This document shows, one piece after another, positions 13,200 through 24,312 of a stretch of 64,000 bases of DNA. How positions within the stretch are numbered: the stretch's first letter is position 1; every line of letters begins with the position of its first letter. The notes beneath the pieces were generated by a model. It had not been told where the DNA came from. It did no database searches and saw only the letters and a list, made by a program, of their open reading frames with translations. The stretch is from Eukaryota sp. TZLM1-RC. Lineage: Eukaryota; Protista; Metamonada: BaSk clade. A program made the translations under genes and the position numbers. The stretch is from contig JAUPSS010000002.1 of the NCBI GenBank assembly GCA_040285825.1, positions 3,720,001 through 3,784,000 of the forward strand, given 5' to 3'.

Positions 13200-13362
13200 A
13201 AAATTTATTGAATTTGCACACTTAATTAAATTTACTCATAACTAATGGGACGACTATCATTCAACCAAGATTTCCTCTACAAAATCTTGATCTGCTTGCT
13301 GTCTAGCTAAAGCTTCTCTTATTCGATTGAAAAACCGTGATAATCTATTGATAATGGCAAAT
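13200..13362 (-). mobile_element. 3' fragment of RLE retrotransposon family C
   Basis: Near identical to 25725-25885 and to the reverse complement of 62020-62180. Confidence 0.85.
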
Positions 13363-13390
13363 ATCGCTTTTGACCAATTCATGCAATCTT

Positions 13391-14112
13391 TTTTTTAAAT
13401 TTTAATTTTATTCAAAACCTATGAACCAACATCCAAAAAATCCATCTCTCCCAAAACAAAAACACTAGATGCAACTCTCTCATAGTGAGATCCAAGAAAA
13501 AGCAAAACATTAGAAACCATCTGCAACATCCCCTTAAAAAAAGAAAACACAATTCTATTTTGCCAAAACAATCTGTTGAAATTTCTGTTAGTTCTTCTCT
13601 TTACAATCATTTCAAAATCTTCCAAAAAACGTAAAGCTGTTGGTGCAAGTGAACCAAAAATAGAAAATACAAATGGAAACAAATTGTATTTTGCATGCTG
13701 TAGACTGGTCAAATTGGACAAAGGTTCATTGTATTTTTTGAATTAGAAATTTTCAGCATTTGAAAGAGGATTATGAATTTCAGAATTAACAAGCCTTTCA
13801 TTGGAGGCATTACAAGGATCAACAGACATTACATCCAATAAAATGAAGGTTCCATCTAATCCAAATAATATTACATCACCTCTATTATTCTTATGAAAAT
13901 CATTTTCAGTATCAAACAGATTTGACAACAGGGGTTCCAAAAAGGATTCAATTCTATGAGACTTGCACATACAATATAACTGGTCTCTTACAGCATCATG
14001 AACCTTGCTTCTAAAAGTAATAAAATGTTTACAATTTAACAGATGAGTAATTGTAATTTCTCGAGAACATTTACAAATTAAATTATGAGGTAAATTATCA
14101 GGCCAGATAAAG
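13391..14112 (-). mobile_element. 5'-truncated RLE retrotransposon family B
   Basis: ORF pieces 14120-13743 and 13721-13419; poly(A); 16-bp TSD CAATTCATGCAATCTT at 13375-13390 and 14113-14128. Confidence 0.92.
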
Positions 14113-14128
14113 CAATTCATGCAATCTT

Positions 14129-14275
14129 GATAGATGTTAAGCTTACTTTAGTTCTATCACTATATGATCTCACTATCAAATGATAGTTAAAGCAGCAACA
14201 TCACAATACGCATACAGGTACGCAATACATGGAAAAACACTTATCTACGGGGTCTCCGGAACGCTTCCGGTCTTT
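14129..14275 (-). ncRNA. Candidate Fanzor omegaRNA region (3' end of ORF plus downstream flank)
   Basis: Position expected for TnpB/Fanzor omegaRNAs. Hairpins CCGGAA-cgc-TTCCGG (14256-14270) and ACTATC-aaat-GATAGT (14172-14187). Boundaries are unknown. Confidence 0.35.
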
Positions 14276-16161
14276 CATTGTGGTAGTGCTCACTTATGGC
14301 AATCTCCAGTTGATTTCTGGAGGCTGAGATGTCCCTCGACCAGAGTGTCTGACATTGATGACAAACAAACTTATCATTGTTCACCCTCCCATCATCGTGA
14401 TACAACTTTTGATTGAATACCTTACAGCAATTCGTTTTGGTAGATGTGTAGAATTCATCTCCATTAGGTTTCACATATGTAAAATGTTTCTGAATCTCCT
14501 TCAAAAAGCACTTCCTTGGGGTTTTCACAGATTGTCTTGATGGCCCATCACCTCCACTGCCAAACCAAATTATGGTTTCTTTTCCACTAGCTATTAGTTT
14601 AATTCTTTTCAATAAATCCCATTATTCTTTTTTGGCTTCTTATAAAAATAAAAAATCAAACTTATTGCGGCGCAGGACTCGGCGATGTACATTTATCGGC
14701 AGTTGGTCTAATATAGTTCTCGGACGGAGGTCGGGATTCCTGATTTCTTCCTGTGTCGGTACCCATGCCTTTAGTGTTGCTATTTCATACAGATATTCGC
14801 GGAAATTCTTAGCAAAAAAGCAATTTGGTTATGCATGGGTCAAGACCGGTGGTTGAATGATCTTCTTTGCCTTTGGATTTAGAACAAGGCCCGAAAGTTG
14901 ATGGTCAACATTGTTATTATCTCTTCTTGATCCAATTGAATAACCAAACAAATTTTTGGGATCAATTGCACAAAATGAGTATTCAATTGGATCAACGGGA
15001 AGAGGCTCGTAGGTGTCATCAGTTCTTCGACGTTGCCTACGACAAACCTATTGTTGACGTCTGGAGTTTCTTTCGACTCTCAGCAGGTAAATCGTCTTCC
15101 CCATTGGCTCTGGCGGTTACCATTTTTCGGGCTGTGTGGCGATTCTTGGTTTTTTTAAAGACAGTCAAGAACGTTGTTCTCACTGATATACCGTCCGATG
15201 CAATGGTAATATGTGGAAAAGTTCTTCCTGTTGAAATTTTTGAATGGATTCCTCAGAAATTATTGATCTGGGTTTAAACATAAGAAGTGTCGTTCCAATG
15301 CCGGACTCAGTGCAATTAAGCCAGGGGAGTAACTTGCGGAAATAGCTAGAGCATGCCTTTTCATTGTTTCACTCGCCATGTTCTCGAGGAAGGACAAACT
15401 ACGGAGGCCGACGGAGAAGATCAAAGTCATCGATTCAACGTTCAGTTGGATTTCAGTCTCTTCTCAGAGGGCATGGAAGCTAGCAGGGTCACCTACTTGT
15501 TGTTAAATATATCAGTCATATAAGCATGATGTTGCTCATTCCAACCAAATAGTTCTGAAAAACGGCAGCAGTATGTTCTTTTGGAGCTGGACAGTCAAAG
15601 AAGATTGCCATTGTTTCATAGAGGTTAAGCTTCCATACAACTGAACCATCTGTCATAATTTGACTGAAGCTGTTTGTTACTTGAGGTGCGCAAAAGCTCC
15701 AGATGTCAGAATGACACCAGTTGTCAGTCATTTATCTAAACCCAGAGGGGGAAATGGCCACCTGGTTGGGTCAGAAGCGTGAGAGAGAGCCTCGTAGACC
15801 TCTTGGTGGTTCTCAAAAGGTCGTCGGACTGGAATATTGACCATCATCACACAGTTCTGACATTGATACCAGATCTGTTGATGGTACAACCAGTGGGCCA
15901 TCTGTGGATGCATCAGTGTATAATACTGAGCAAGACGACATGTCAGGACACTGACAGTTCGTTTGCAACGAAACTGTCGCTCCATTGCATCTCTTGCAGC
16001 ACTAGCAAAGAATTTGGTAGTAGTAGTAGCAACGGTTGTCTTTTTTTCAGGACGCTTAACCTCCCAAGGGAGTACTTGGCCTCGACTTTTATGTACTTTG
16101 TTTCCTTTTTGACAGTGTTAAAAATCCGACCAGTCGAAAATTTTTTGACCCAATGGCCCAA
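14241..16161 (-). pseudogene. Fanzor1-like (TnpB-derived) RNA-guided endonuclease, disrupted by stops and frameshifts
   Basis: Manual minus-strand translation gives, in order: TIASDGISV (about 15181-15207), RuvC-I FCAIDPKNLFG (D at 14961-14963), bridge-helix-like RRVLRRNKFDF, IIWFGSGG, DEFYTS (E at 14454-14456), CC..CHQC zinc finger, RuvC-III WSRDISASRN (D at 14331-14333) and terminal RPEAFRR. Confidence 0.85.
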
Positions 16162-16809
16162 CAGTTGTTTCTATATAGGTATAGTGTTAGTTCAATATAG
16201 TGCATTACTTATAGAATTGCGCCTCTGGGCTGAAGGTGCAAGATATTGAAATGTTTTCATACTAGCTTACTTTATTTCCTCCTATGATTACCATATTCCA
16301 AATATTTGGCCCGAGACGTGATTCAATTTGAAATTATTTTGTTAACCTCCTACTTCCCTGCATTTACCATTATCATGTTTACTGTGATTTAGCCCATCAC
16401 AAAAATCATTATGTAAAGGTTCCGTTAGTTGTGACCGAGTTAAGACCTGATCTATTTCCTATCACAAATGAGTCGTAACAAGAAGAGGAAATGTCTTGAT
16501 TTGTGAGTTAACATTTCATAAACATCAATATTTTGATAGTTGATATGGATTAAAGATGCACAATCGATTACTTGATAAGGTCTTTGATAAGAGAACTTTT
16601 GGGTCGGCAATTGAGTTATCTTTTTGTCTTGATCTTATCATTATCCTTATCTTGAGATATTTATTTGTTAAGAATTATTGGATCATCACATAATCAATCA
16701 CTATTTAAAGTTTGCAAAAGAAAATACCATTTTATTTATACGCAATACCACATCTCGTGCAAAAAAACATTGTATCAATGTAACAATTGTGAAAATCAAA
16801 AACATTGAC

Positions 16810-18389
16810 CTAGCAAGGTTCAGTGGTACGCTGGGAATCCGTATCTGGAGCTCTAAAGAACCCAAGCATGCGCCTCGTTACCTCAAACCCTCCAACTAGA
16901 TTCACTGCTAGCAATAGAATGGCAAATGACGCTAATAAACCTACAAGAGACCAAGGATCGGCAGCTCGTGACAGGACTATGAACCCACCAACTAGAACAA
17001 GGCCAGTAATGGCATTTGTAAGACTCATAAGAGGTGATTGAAGCCCGACAACCACCCCTAAAGTGACATAGACTCCAGCAATTACACTGAGAACAAATAG
17101 CAGAAACTGTCTTAGGAAATCCAAACCACCAGCAGTTCTATGGTTAGGACTTTGAACGCAACAAACCGTGGAGTGGCCACAGCCAGGCCAGACAAAGCTC
17201 CAAGCAGTAGTGCAATGATGAGAAAAAACAATGCATCAGGACTAAGATATCTTCGTTTGACTAATGGTGGTTCCACTGTTTCTACTTTAGACTCTTCTTG
17301 AGCAGGTGCTAAAGGCAATGGTGGATGTTCCACTGGACACCCCTTCTTGACGATAATCATTCTGCCTATGACCGGATTACAGGGATCCATGTTGAATAAA
17401 CAAACATCGCCAGGAGGATCATCACCAAAGGCTTTCAATATTGCCACGACATTTGCACTATATAATTCACTAAAGTAAGTTGCTTTGAAATTTCCATACC
17501 TTGCCTGCGAAGGCATTCTTCTCGCTATATTTGTATCCCCTATCACTAGGATGTTTCTCCCCACGTCAACTGTCTCGTCTGGTACAGTCCCCATACAATT
17601 TCCCCCAGATCCTGCTGCCAGGTCCACTATCACTGCTCCCGAAGGCATTCCCTGCAGTGCATCCTCAGTTATCAAGAGCGGAGCGGGTTTGCCTGGAATA
17701 GCAGCAGACGTCACAACCACGTTAACATCTCTCATTTCTAAAGCAATCAGTTCTTGCTCTCGTAAAAGAAAATCTTCCTCCAGCTCTTTAGCATAACCTC
17801 CCGTCTCTGAAACCTCAATTCCCATCTCTATGAACTCTGCCCCCAGAGATATAACCTGGTCTCGAACTGCTGGTCTCGGATCAAATGCTTTCACATTGGC
17901 CCCCAACGCTCTAGCTGTTGAAATGGCTTCCAAACCGGCAACCCCTACCCCAATTACAAATACAGTAATCGGCTTAATCGGCTGGGCTGCAGTGGCTGTT
18001 TGCATTGGAAAACGTCCTAAAAGCTGAACAGCTTCTATAACACTGCGGTAACCCGCTACTTTTGCTGTAGAAGTTAAAGCGTCCATGTACTGAGCAGCTG
18101 TGGTTCTAGGGACTGATTCAATAGCGCAGACAGTTGAGCGTTGTTGTATCATAGAGTCTAAACGTTGAGGATATTGGTATTTGTAAATGAATGAAACAAT
18201 TCCACTGCCCTCTGGAAGTTTCTCAACTTGGTCTTCGGTGAGTGGATTTATAGAGATGATGACAGCATTCTCTGTTTCATCAGCATCACCAGAAGGAGGA
18301 GAGATGGGTATTGTATGGGAAGAAGGTGCATCGGGGTAGATATCAAAGAGTGAAGGTTGATCATCTTCATCAACTTGGTTCTCAAACAT
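16810..18389 (-). CDS. pntA: NAD(P) transhydrogenase alpha subunit (dI plus membrane dIIa), stand-alone, 2 introns, about 506 aa
   Basis: VPRTTAAQYMDALTS..AGYRSV, VIGVGVAGLEAI, GGYAKE, AAIPGKPAP, DLAAGSGGNC and LQSPLMSLTNAITG..NLVGGFEVTRRML. Introns 17470-17499 (30 nt, restores QASELY) and 17138-17166 (29 nt, joins the two ORFs). Confidence 0.9.
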
Positions 18390-18523
18390 ATGGTGTTGTA
18401 GAGTAAAGAGATAGTCTGTGCATAATAGAGGATATCATGAAGTGATAGTTGAAATCTGTTGAAATTTGCATTGCTTTGTGGAGGCAATTAATTTTCATAG
18501 GGCAACTGCCTACTAGTACCTAC

Positions 18524-19003
18524 ATGTATCATGAAAGACAACGGCTCTCACGATGTGCAGTTCATGCATTAAACAACTTCTTTCAGCGTCCAGAAGTGAC
18601 TGTGCAAGAGCTAGAATCCATTGCACACAGTCTTTGTCCTTCTGTCTTATTCAACCCACATAAATCTATATTTCAATGGGGTAACTATGATGTCAATGTC
18701 ATTGGTATTGCACTGGAAAGAAGAGGTTATCAAATAGATTGGTTTGATCAACGCAGGTCTCTCAGAGATCTACCTACCGATGTTGAGGCATTTCTCATCA
18801 ACTTTAAGTGTTGGAGTTCTTACATTCCCTTCAAGAGAACTAGACATTGGGTTTGTGTGTTGAACATGGACGGGGCCTATATTGATATGGACTCCAAGCT
18901 TGACGAGCCAAGAGAACTTAGATTTGGGGACTTTATACACTATCTTCAGTCATTGGAGGACCTACAAGTGTTGGAAATAACTCCATGTACAAGCAAATCA
19001 TAA
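18524..19003 (+). CDS. Josephin-domain deubiquitinase (JOSD1/2-like)
   Basis: YHERQ..RCAVHALNN (catalytic Cys), GNYDVNVI, RHWVC (His) and YIDMDSKL (Asp). First ATG at 18524. Confidence 0.9.
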   Translation: MYHERQRLSRCAVHALNNFFQRPEVTVQELESIAHSLCPSVLFNPHKSIFQWGNYDVNVIGIALERRGYQIDWFDQRRSLRDLPTDVEAFLINFKCWSSYIPFKRTRHWVCVLNMDGAYIDMDSKLDEPRELRFGDFIHYLQSLEDLQVLEITPCTSKS

Positions 19004-19684
19004 TATCTGTTAAAGTGTTGCAGTACACTACACGCAAAACATTGATGCAGCATACCGCTGTGTTGAATCTACGTTTGTGTCATTTTTTTGTTCATGACTG
19101 AGCTGTTCATTTTGCAATTAACATTCACCAACATTCACCAACATTAACCACAACCCCAACACATTTGACAACATTGCTCGAGACTCATCTCAATGATCTC
19201 CAGAAACTTCCAGAGGCCTTCTTTTCATTCATCTCATTTTGATTTGACTTGGGAGTTTTTCATTGATCTTGCATTGGTTGATTTTATTTTTTTTATTTGA
19301 TATTTTTTATTTTTTTTATCACAAATAAGCTCGCTATTCATTTTCAAAAAGATACAAATGATTTTTTAAATTACTCTTATTCTCGTTGAGTCACGGTTCC
19401 GTGGGTGACATGTTTAAATCTAAATATGTGTTTGGTAAATTTAAATTTGATTTATTTTGTTAGTTGATTCTTATTATAGAGCATTTCCTTGCACATCTTG
19501 GATTTTCTGAGTCATTGACCACTTCACAAAGATCACATATTAGCAGAATTGCTCCGCGCTTAGTCGTATACTGTCACGTGGTAGTTGAAGTAGAGAAAGT
19601 GATTGTGAATGATACAATCAAAACAACTATTTGATCAAATGACATTCAAAATACAAATACCAGAGGTACAGATTGACAAAACAC

Positions 19685-19966
19685 TTAGGAAACAAGAGCC
19701 AGACCGACATCTGAAAAAAACCTTCTCGCATACTCAGCACTTACCTGCATGAGAAACGAATGAAAATCTTCAGCATGATGATCACAATGGTCACAATGAA
19801 CACCGGTGGCATTAAGAGTGACTTGATGAACAACATTTTCCAAAGTGCTAAATGAAACAACAGCATACATAGTTTCAACTTCCTCGATTTGATAAGAATG
19901 AATTCTTTGACTATACTCATCGAGTGACGATAGTTCTTGTTGGATAAAGTTTGAAGAGGTGTTCAT
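19685..19966 (-). CDS. GSKIP/DUF727-like small protein
   Basis: 93 aa with STLEN..VTLNATG and FHSFLMQVSAEYARRF..V patterns resembling GSK3-interacting protein. Confidence 0.6.
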   Translation of the reverse strand: MNTSSNFIQQELSSLDEYSQRIHSYQIEEVETMYAVVSFSTLENVVHQVTLNATGVHCDHCDHHAEDFHSFLMQVSAEYARRFFSDVGLALVS

Positions 19967-20084
19967 TTCTTAGAGAAATAGACAAAAGTAAAGATTGGGT
20001 AGCTACATGAAAACTTACCAAATTTCAATTTCCAAATAACTCAATTTGATAGTGGTAAGGACATTTATTCCCTTATCGTCAAAA

Positions 20085-20756
20085 ATGGCCTTGAAATCGA
20101 TTATAGCACCTTCTATGCTTTCATGTGACTTTGGTCACCTTGCTGAAGAATCATCTTTTATGAAATCATGTGGAGCCGATTGGCTTCATCTTGATGTCAT
20201 GGATATGCACTTTGTTCCAAACCTCACCATTGGTTTTCCTGTCATCAAAAGTCTTCGCAAACACTCTGATATGTTCTTTGATTGTCACTTAATGGTTGAA
20301 AATCCCGCTTCTTACATTGATGGTTTTGCCTCTGCTGGTGCTGATATGTTTACGTTTCACTATGAAGCCGTAGATAACCATGAAGAAATCATTACACAAA
20401 TCAGAAATTCTGGAATGAGGGCAGGTATCTCAATTAAACCCGCAACACCAGACTCTGCCATCCACCATCTCTTAGACCTTGTAGACATGGTGCTCGTCAT
20501 GACTGTGGAACCTGGTTTTGGGGGCCAAGCTATAATCCAAGATTGTTTGGACAAGGTCAAGTCTCTTCGTGGTATTAAGCCCAACTTGGATATTCAAGTT
20601 GATGGAGGTATTGACACAACGACCATTAGCTTAGCTGCTGGTGCTGGCGCTAATGTTATTGTTGCAGGTTCTGCCATTTTCAAGGCAGCAGATAAAAAAG
20701 AAACAATTAAACAATTGAGGAATGCTGTTGATAACGTTTTAAATAAAAATAAATAA
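20085..20756 (+). CDS. RPE: Ribulose-phosphate 3-epimerase
   Basis: IAPSMLSCDF, WLHLDVMD.HFVPNLT, DCHLMV, MTVEPGFGGQ, IQVDGGI, VAGSAIF. Confidence 0.95.
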   Translation: MALKSIIAPSMLSCDFGHLAEESSFMKSCGADWLHLDVMDMHFVPNLTIGFPVIKSLRKHSDMFFDCHLMVENPASYIDGFASAGADMFTFHYEAVDNHEEIITQIRNSGMRAGISIKPATPDSAIHHLLDLVDMVLVMTVEPGFGGQAIIQDCLDKVKSLRGIKPNLDIQVDGGIDTTTISLAAGAGANVIVAGSAIFKAADKKETIKQLRNAVDNVLNKNK

Positions 20757-21194
20757 AAATAAATAAATTAACATTTCATTTGGGTTTTTTAATGTACATC
20801 AGATAAGAAAACAATTTAACCAGCAACTTAAACCAATTCTCGGTTTAAACATGGTTGTTGGCTTTCGTGCATTAATATCCATAAACGAGGTAACGAGATG
20901 TTTATAGAACGGAATAAGAAAATCAAACTAAATAAAAGCAAAAACAGATTTTAAACTAATTATCACGTGATGCTACACATGATACATTCCAGATCCGGAA
21001 AGTAGTATTTAGCCTTAGCTAACAACGTATTGTAATAATTTCTTCCATAAATGATATTAAACAACTGCTCCCTTAAATTACAGCTAAGGCAAGGGTAATG
21101 CTTTAGTGTAAAACATCTAATTTCGTATAGTTGGGTTACCCTCTCCATTTTTTGCAAAAAATGATTCATTTGGATTTACAACAATTCTTGCTCT

Positions 21195-21405
21195 TGAACA
21201 CTAACAGAAATTTCAACAGATTGTTTTGGCAAAATAGAATTGTGTTTTCTATTTTTAAGGGGATGTTGAAGATGGTTTCTGATGCTTTTCTTTCTATTTG
21301 ATCTCACTATGAGAGAGTTGCATCTAGTATTTTTGTTTTAAGAGAGATGGATTATTTAGATTTTGATTTATAGGTTTTTAATAAAATTGATTATTAAAAA
21401 AATAA
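21195..21405 (+). mobile_element. 3' fragment of RLE retrotransposon family B
   Basis: Matches 34960-35155. Confidence 0.8.
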
Positions 21406-21984
21406 ACACCACCTAATTCGAGTTTCTGAAAATTTGATTTCAGGGATCATAAGCAATTTTCAATCCATTCGAAAAGAGTGCTCCTAATGAATCATATTAT
21501 AATATATTTCATCAAAAATAATAAAATAAAATAATTAAATAAAATTAATTAATCAAAAACGATTATATATTAGTACTTCAATTTTCAATTTTCGAAAAAA
21601 CCTGAGAAGAACATGAACCGAACCGAACCGAACCTTGAACACTCTTAAGAATGTGAGAATCTCATCTGGATCCATAAAGAATCTTCTCATGACGATTATT
21701 AATTTTTTATATTATATAATGTAATATTTAAAGAGAATTAAGTAGGGTTTACAAAAGCATCACCAAGATTGGTGCTGAATTCAAAAGCTATATGTTTACC
21801 AAATGTTCAGACGTCACCAGTCGATGATATATTGACATTCGATATGTTTGGTCAATAAATTATGGAAAGCAACTTTTTGGTAATTTTGCTTATTAGTTTA
21901 TTTTTTATTTTATTTAAATTTAATAGTATTGGATGTGAAGATAAAAATTGTAAAAAAACCAACAAGGAAAAAAGAAATTTAAAC

Positions 21985-23720
21985 TAGAGTATCTTCATCT
22001 ACGAAGTCTAAGAAAATATCAACCAAATACCTTTCAGCTGAATACTGAGCCCACCATGGAAAACAAGAAAATTCAATTAAATATCCATTCTTGATTAGTT
22101 TAGCACATTTATTAAACCTTTGTTGACAAAATCTACTGGAGATAGGGAAGAATCTAACAAATTGTCTTTTGAAAGTTCAATTAATTGAATGAATTGCAAA
22201 GAAGGAAAGTTTTGTTGAGTGATATTGGTAAGAATTGAGCGATGAATTATCAATTCCTTCAAGTTTGGTAATTGTACTTCAATACTGAGAGAACTCCACA
22301 GATCTAACTTCCAACCTCAAAATGGATTCAGGTAAAGCAATTTTTCCATTAAATATTCTTATCGACATATTAAAAAACAAAACAACCAACTCTTTTAAGA
22401 ATGTAAGATAGCTTAAATCAGTAACCTCAATACATTGTTTAAGCACTAACTTCACTAGTGAAGTGGGTAAATTGGTCAATGTAGATTGGTAATCAAGTTC
22501 CAAAAATTTCAGGTTGGATGAATGTCAAATTAATGGATATAGTTTCACCAAAACTTGGCCTTCCACCAAGCTTAACAATCTCAAATGTTTGGGACAACGA
22601 CATCAACTGAGAGTCGTAACCAATATTGTTGTAGCAAACATCAAGTTTTTTAATTCTGGTATTAATTACTTTGAATCTTTTGTAACGAGTAGATAATTGC
22701 AATTATAAATCACAAATGTTTCCACTTAGAGCTAACTCTTGGGGATCTTTCAAAAACTCCAAACTGTTGATCACTTCTTTAGCAAATTTAGCCACTCTCT
22801 TGCTAATTGAACATTTGGTATAGAATCTGGCTTTTGTATAAGGATGGCTACCAAACAATTTTTTCAAATATTGTGAATATTCAAGGTAAATTAATGTGAG
22901 CAGACCACTCAAGAACCTATCCACAGTTTGTTTTGGATAATCGAAACTGCCAAGAATTTCAGATCCAAATACCTTGACAGGATGTGGTCGATCAATCAAA
23001 TCACCTGTACCTAATTGACCTTTATCGTTTTTCCCCAAGAACCAACTGAAATACCTTCTATAATAGTGAAAGCTTCAATACAAATTGGTTCTTGACAATC
23101 TTTATAAAAATCAATTATTCTGCTCAGCTTACCCCAAACAAAAACTTTACCATCATTATCAATGACAGCATAAATTCCTTTTTTCCCAGTGATAAAAACA
23201 ATATTTGTTAATATTTCGACCTTGGAGAGTGCACAGTTGAAACAACCACCATTCCCCCTTTGAAACTCCCAAAAAGTGCCAAAAGTATCAATAACAAATA
23301 GACAATCACGATCAAACAAAGAGCAGTCTTGCGAAGTCTTGGATAAAGATAAGACTTGACTGGGATGGTAGCAGTGATTGGAACAAACTGGAAGTTGCCA
23401 TAAATTGTGTAAACTTTAAAGAAATCTAAATTTTCATCAATTGCCACAAAAAAAATCATCATGCACAGTAATAAAAACAATATTAGTTAGTTCTTTAATA
23501 TATTCAAATGATTGTGCATGAACCCATTTAACAACTTGGCCTTCTTGGGTCAAAGCAAATGAACAATGTTCACCACCATAAATTTCCTTAATGTTATAAG
23601 GAATGTCAATTGAAGTGATTGGTAACAATTTTTGTTTGAATTATTAATTTGATGGTGAAAATTTGCACCCCAACCTCATAGACTACCGTCAGAGCGAAGA
23701 ACAAAAAAGTGGTGGTAACA
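21985..23720 (-). pseudogene. Decayed RCC1-repeat plus LRR-like gene copy
   Basis: GKNDKGQLGTGDLIDRPHPVKV (RCC1 repeat), GGEHCSFALTQEGQVVKW and LPTSLVKLVL (LRR-like), with many frameshifts. Paralogous to 39225-39742 plus 43256-43700. Confidence 0.65.
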
Positions 23721-24044
23721 AGTTTACATAGTGCAAATATCATTTAAGTTCAATTTGATTGGTGATTTAATTTCATTGGCTCCGTTATATAGAAATCTAC
23801 GATGATCGTTAGATCCCCAACCATAAAGCTTACCAGAATGTGTGAGGAGAAGGGTGTGATTGACTTAACTCCTACCTTGTGATCAATCAGAGAAGAGCAA
23901 GAGTAGGCAGAATGCGACGAATCTTCATTGATGAGAGAGAGGTTAGTGAATTCAGGGACAGCGGCGTGAGAAACACCAGGAAGCGTTTGTGGAGATGTAA
24001 TTTGGGACATAAATTGATTCAACCAATAAATTCCCCAACCACAC

Positions 24045-24170
24045 TTTCTGATGCTTTGCTTTCTCTTGGGTCTCACTATGAGAGAGTTGCAGCAAGCTGT
24101 TTTGTTTTGGTAAAGATGGATTATTGAGATGTTGATTTATAAGTTTTCTAATAAATATTATTAAAAAACC
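24045..24170 (+). mobile_element. Very short 3' fragment of family B
   Basis: SDALLSLGSHYERVA..; matches 35040-35150. Confidence 0.75.
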
Positions 24171-24312
24171 ACATTTTTGGTAAATTCATTAGGTAAAAGA
24201 TCCAGAAAATTGCCATTAGGAAGGCTTATATTCCAACTAAAATTTTGGCATTATTGGAATTGATTAAAGTTTATGTATTGGAGGTATTGTAATTGACAAT
24301 TACAATATTCTG

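Noticed and set aside
14622-14832. TAA read as Gln (alternative genetic code) to rescue the Fanzor ORF
   Set aside because: Host genes such as Ubc12, Rab2, RPE and DUS3 end at TAA at their expected C-termini, and the Fanzor also has frameshifts; decay is the simpler explanation.
14572-16249. Plus-strand ORFs 14572-14856, 14867-15277 and 15779-16249 as genes
   Set aside because: They are antisense shadows of the Fanzor pseudogene and have no recognisable motifs.
21615-21634. (GAACC)4 microsatellite, and AACATTCACC repeats near 19120-19150
   Set aside because: Short simple repeats with no supporting context.
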